The position numbers and the translations under genes were made by a program. 64,000 bases of DNA from an uncultured Bacilli bacterium. Its GTDB lineage: Bacteria; Bacillota_I; Bacilli_A; RFN20; CAG-288. Positions 62,077 through 64,000 of this stretch are shown here, one piece after another; the stretch's first letter is position 1, and each line of letters begins with the position of its first letter. The stretch covers positions 66-64,065 of the forward strand of contig CAUUFA010000001.1 in NCBI GenBank assembly GCA_963544395.1. Direction: 5' to 3'. The notes below the pieces were generated by a model that saw nothing but the letters and a program-made list of their open reading frames with translations, did no database searches and was not told the origin of the DNA.

Positions 62077-62958
62077 ATGAAAGCGTTTTATTGTTATTTG
62101 ACAGAAAAAGAAACTTTGTTTAGAGAAATAGCCACTTTCTTTCCGTATGATAACAAAGCGATGGATGACAAAGAATTCCACGAGCTTTCCTCTCGGATCA
62201 GAGACCTATCCCAGAAGGCTGCCAGCGAAAGCTATCTGACTCACACTTCCTTCCTCAGCCTATCGCAGCAGGCTTACTTTTATACGCTCGTCAAATCTAT
62301 GTCCAGGACCATCAACGGAGTGCGTTATGTCCTCTATGGAGGACATGAGGAAGCGGATCGGAAAATTCTGTATTTCCTTCCTTATTATATGAAGGAAGAA
62401 GAGCTGCTGCTTCAGGAAGAAAAAGGAAAGAATGGAACGATCGCCTTGCTTCACCTCTCTCCGAAAAACGTGAAGTTTTCCGACCATCTCATCCATCGCG
62501 ACTACCTCGGGGCTCTGATGCACTTAGGTTTTGACCGGAGCATGTTCGGCGATATCCTCACCGACGGAACAGAAGGCTATATCTATGTGCTAAGAAGCGT
62601 GGCAGAAATGGTGAAACAGGAACTAGGCAAAGTCTCGCACACCATCATCGATGTTGAAGAGCTCGATCTCGAACAATGCCCGCTTCAGCCTCGCTTTGAG
62701 GAGACGAACATCCATGTCGCTTCCGCAAGGTTAGACAGTGTCATCGCCGAAGTCTATCATCTCTCCCGACGCGACGCCCAGATCCTCATCGCTTCAGAGC
62801 GTGTCTTCGTCGAGGGAAGAACCATCGAGAACAACGCTCATCTCCTCAAAGCCTCAGAGCGGATCTCCGTATCCGGAAAAGGAAAATTCATCTACCTCGG
62901 GCAAGAAAAAGTCACCCGGAAAAACCGGCTTTCCGTCAAAGTGAAACGGTACGGCTAG
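62077..62958 (+). CDS. YlmH-like RNA-binding protein (S4 domain)
   Basis: The C-terminal S4 motif is ARLDSVIAEVYHLSRRDAQILIASERVFVEGRTIENNAHLLKASERISVSGKGKF. The N-terminal region is YlmH-like. Confidence 0.75.
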   Translation: MKAFYCYLTEKETLFREIATFFPYDNKAMDDKEFHELSSRIRDLSQKAASESYLTHTSFLSLSQQAYFYTLVKSMSRTINGVRYVLYGGHEEADRKILYFLPYYMKEEELLLQEEKGKNGTIALLHLSPKNVKFSDHLIHRDYLGALMHLGFDRSMFGDILTDGTEGYIYVLRSVAEMVKQELGKVSHTIIDVEELDLEQCPLQPRFEETNIHVASARLDSVIAEVYHLSRRDAQILIASERVFVEGRTIENNAHLLKASERISVSGKGKFIYLGQEKVTRKNRLSVKVKRYG

Positions 62959-63046
62959 CCAAAAACAAAGAAATTCATTTTCGTGAACCGATTCATAAAA
63001 GATGAATTATAATGAGGCAGCACATATCTCTTTGGAGGAAAAGGCA

Positions 63047-63858
63047 ATGAATCGAAAGACGGTTGCGATCACTGGTTCTGGAAGAGGATTTGGTTTTGCG
63101 ATGCTGAAGCTGTTTTATCAGAATAATTTCAATGTCGTGATCATCGATGTGAGTGAAGCCTCATTAGGCGAGGCGAAAACAAAGCTAGAGGCAAAAAAAA
63201 GGCGGGTCAGATTCTGACCTTCGTCGCAGATGTCACAGACAGAAGCACGATTCAGCACGTCATCGACGAAACCGAAAAAACATGCGGCGGAATCGATATC
63301 TGGATCAACAACGCCGGTGTGAACCAGGCGATGTGTCCGATCTGGGAGCTGGATGAGAAGACCATCTCAAGGCTCATCGACATCGATCTGAAAGGGACGA
63401 TCCTATGCACCAACGTCATCATGCCTCTATTCATCAAGCAGAACCGCGGACAGCTTTATAACATCGAAGGCTTCGGCAGCGATGATGCGACCATCACCGG
63501 TCTTTCCGTCTATGGAACCGCCAAGCGTGGCGTCACTTATTTCACCGAAGCTTTGGCCCACGAAGTCAAAAAGAGCGGAAAGAACATCCAGATCGGAAAG
63601 ATCACGCCTGGCATCATGTTCACCGGGTTCATCAACCACAACCTCGGCGATACGAAATTCGAATTGGATGAGAAGACAAAGAAGATCTACAACATCCTTG
63701 GGGATTATCCGGAGACCATCGCCGCCTTCATGGTCAGCCGTATCATCAAGAATCGCAAGAACGGCGTGAAACTCATGTGGCTCACCAAGCGGAGAGCGAT
63801 GGGAAGATTCCTCAAAGCACCGTTCAGCAAGCGGGATTTTTTCAAAGAAGCGAAGTAA
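63047..63858 (+). pseudogene. SDR-family oxidoreductase, frameshifted in an A8 run
   Basis: Frame 1 gives MNRKTVAITGSGRGFG...EAKK. After the A8 tract (63193-63200), the continuation (K)AGQILTFVADVTD...NNAG...YGTAK is in the +2 frame (equivalently -1) relative to the first part. One extra base in the run would restore a ~270-aa SDR. Confidence 0.75.
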
Positions 63859-64000
63859 TTGAACACCGTGCTTTCAGAAGTTAAGAATCAGGCAGCATAG
63901 ATCCGGAAAAGCAGATAATTCCGGACTCTTTGCGGAAGGAGATGATATAGCGAAGCTAAGAACCTGTCTTTGGCTCCGATCCGCTTGGCATACGGAGCTC

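Overview
This 64-kb window comes from a low/mid-GC Bacillota-type chromosome. The evidence is Shine-Dalgarno-led genes and the rpsB-tsf, ylbF-rsmD-coaD, RNase J, RqcH and YlmH genes. Core housekeeping and metabolic genes occupy 1-20.2 kb and 48.2-64 kb. They include a TetR-controlled GlpA-like/DUF1667/AGPS-like oxidase/lipid-kinase operon, a C69 dipeptidase, an OYE-type reductase, ferritin, NAD kinase, an ABC-F protein, Maf, Def and CoaD. A ~28-kb mosaic accessory island lies between tRNA-Arg(UCG) (20140-20216) and a TetR gene (48161). Its left part is AT-rich and encodes a secreted protein, an HTH gene with an in-frame stop, and a large serine recombinase. The rest is a 20.7-kb segment bracketed by two identical, directly repeated 1871-bp IS4/IS1634-like elements (27489-29359 and 46290-48160). 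That bracketed segment carries four things. First, an IS66 tnpA/tnpB remnant. Second, a long minus-strand operon: sigma-region-4 HTH gene, TM/coiled-coil protein, holin, two paralogous helical-domain+MNT nucleotidyltransferase proteins, a 2389-aa signal-peptide-less Rhs/YD toxin with Hint and a GIY-YIG-like C-terminal tip, and an AT-rich immunity candidate. A second endolysin-less holin module sits on the other side of this operon. Third, a tightly coupled three-gene operon (331 aa, 145 aa, 607-aa coiled-coil ABC/SMC-like ATPase with an apical CxxC). It has Lamassu/ABC-3C architecture, but its effector domain is unrecognisable. This is my best candidate for an undescribed defence system. Fourth, an XRE-HTH::Dam-type methyltransferase gene cut off by the second IS copy. 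I also found three tRNAs, several intrinsic terminators and three further pseudogenes (an alpha/beta hydrolase, the IS66 tnpB, and an SDR frameshifted in an A8 run). No CRISPR array or rRNA was seen. All functional calls rest on motif recognition by eye. No database search was possible.
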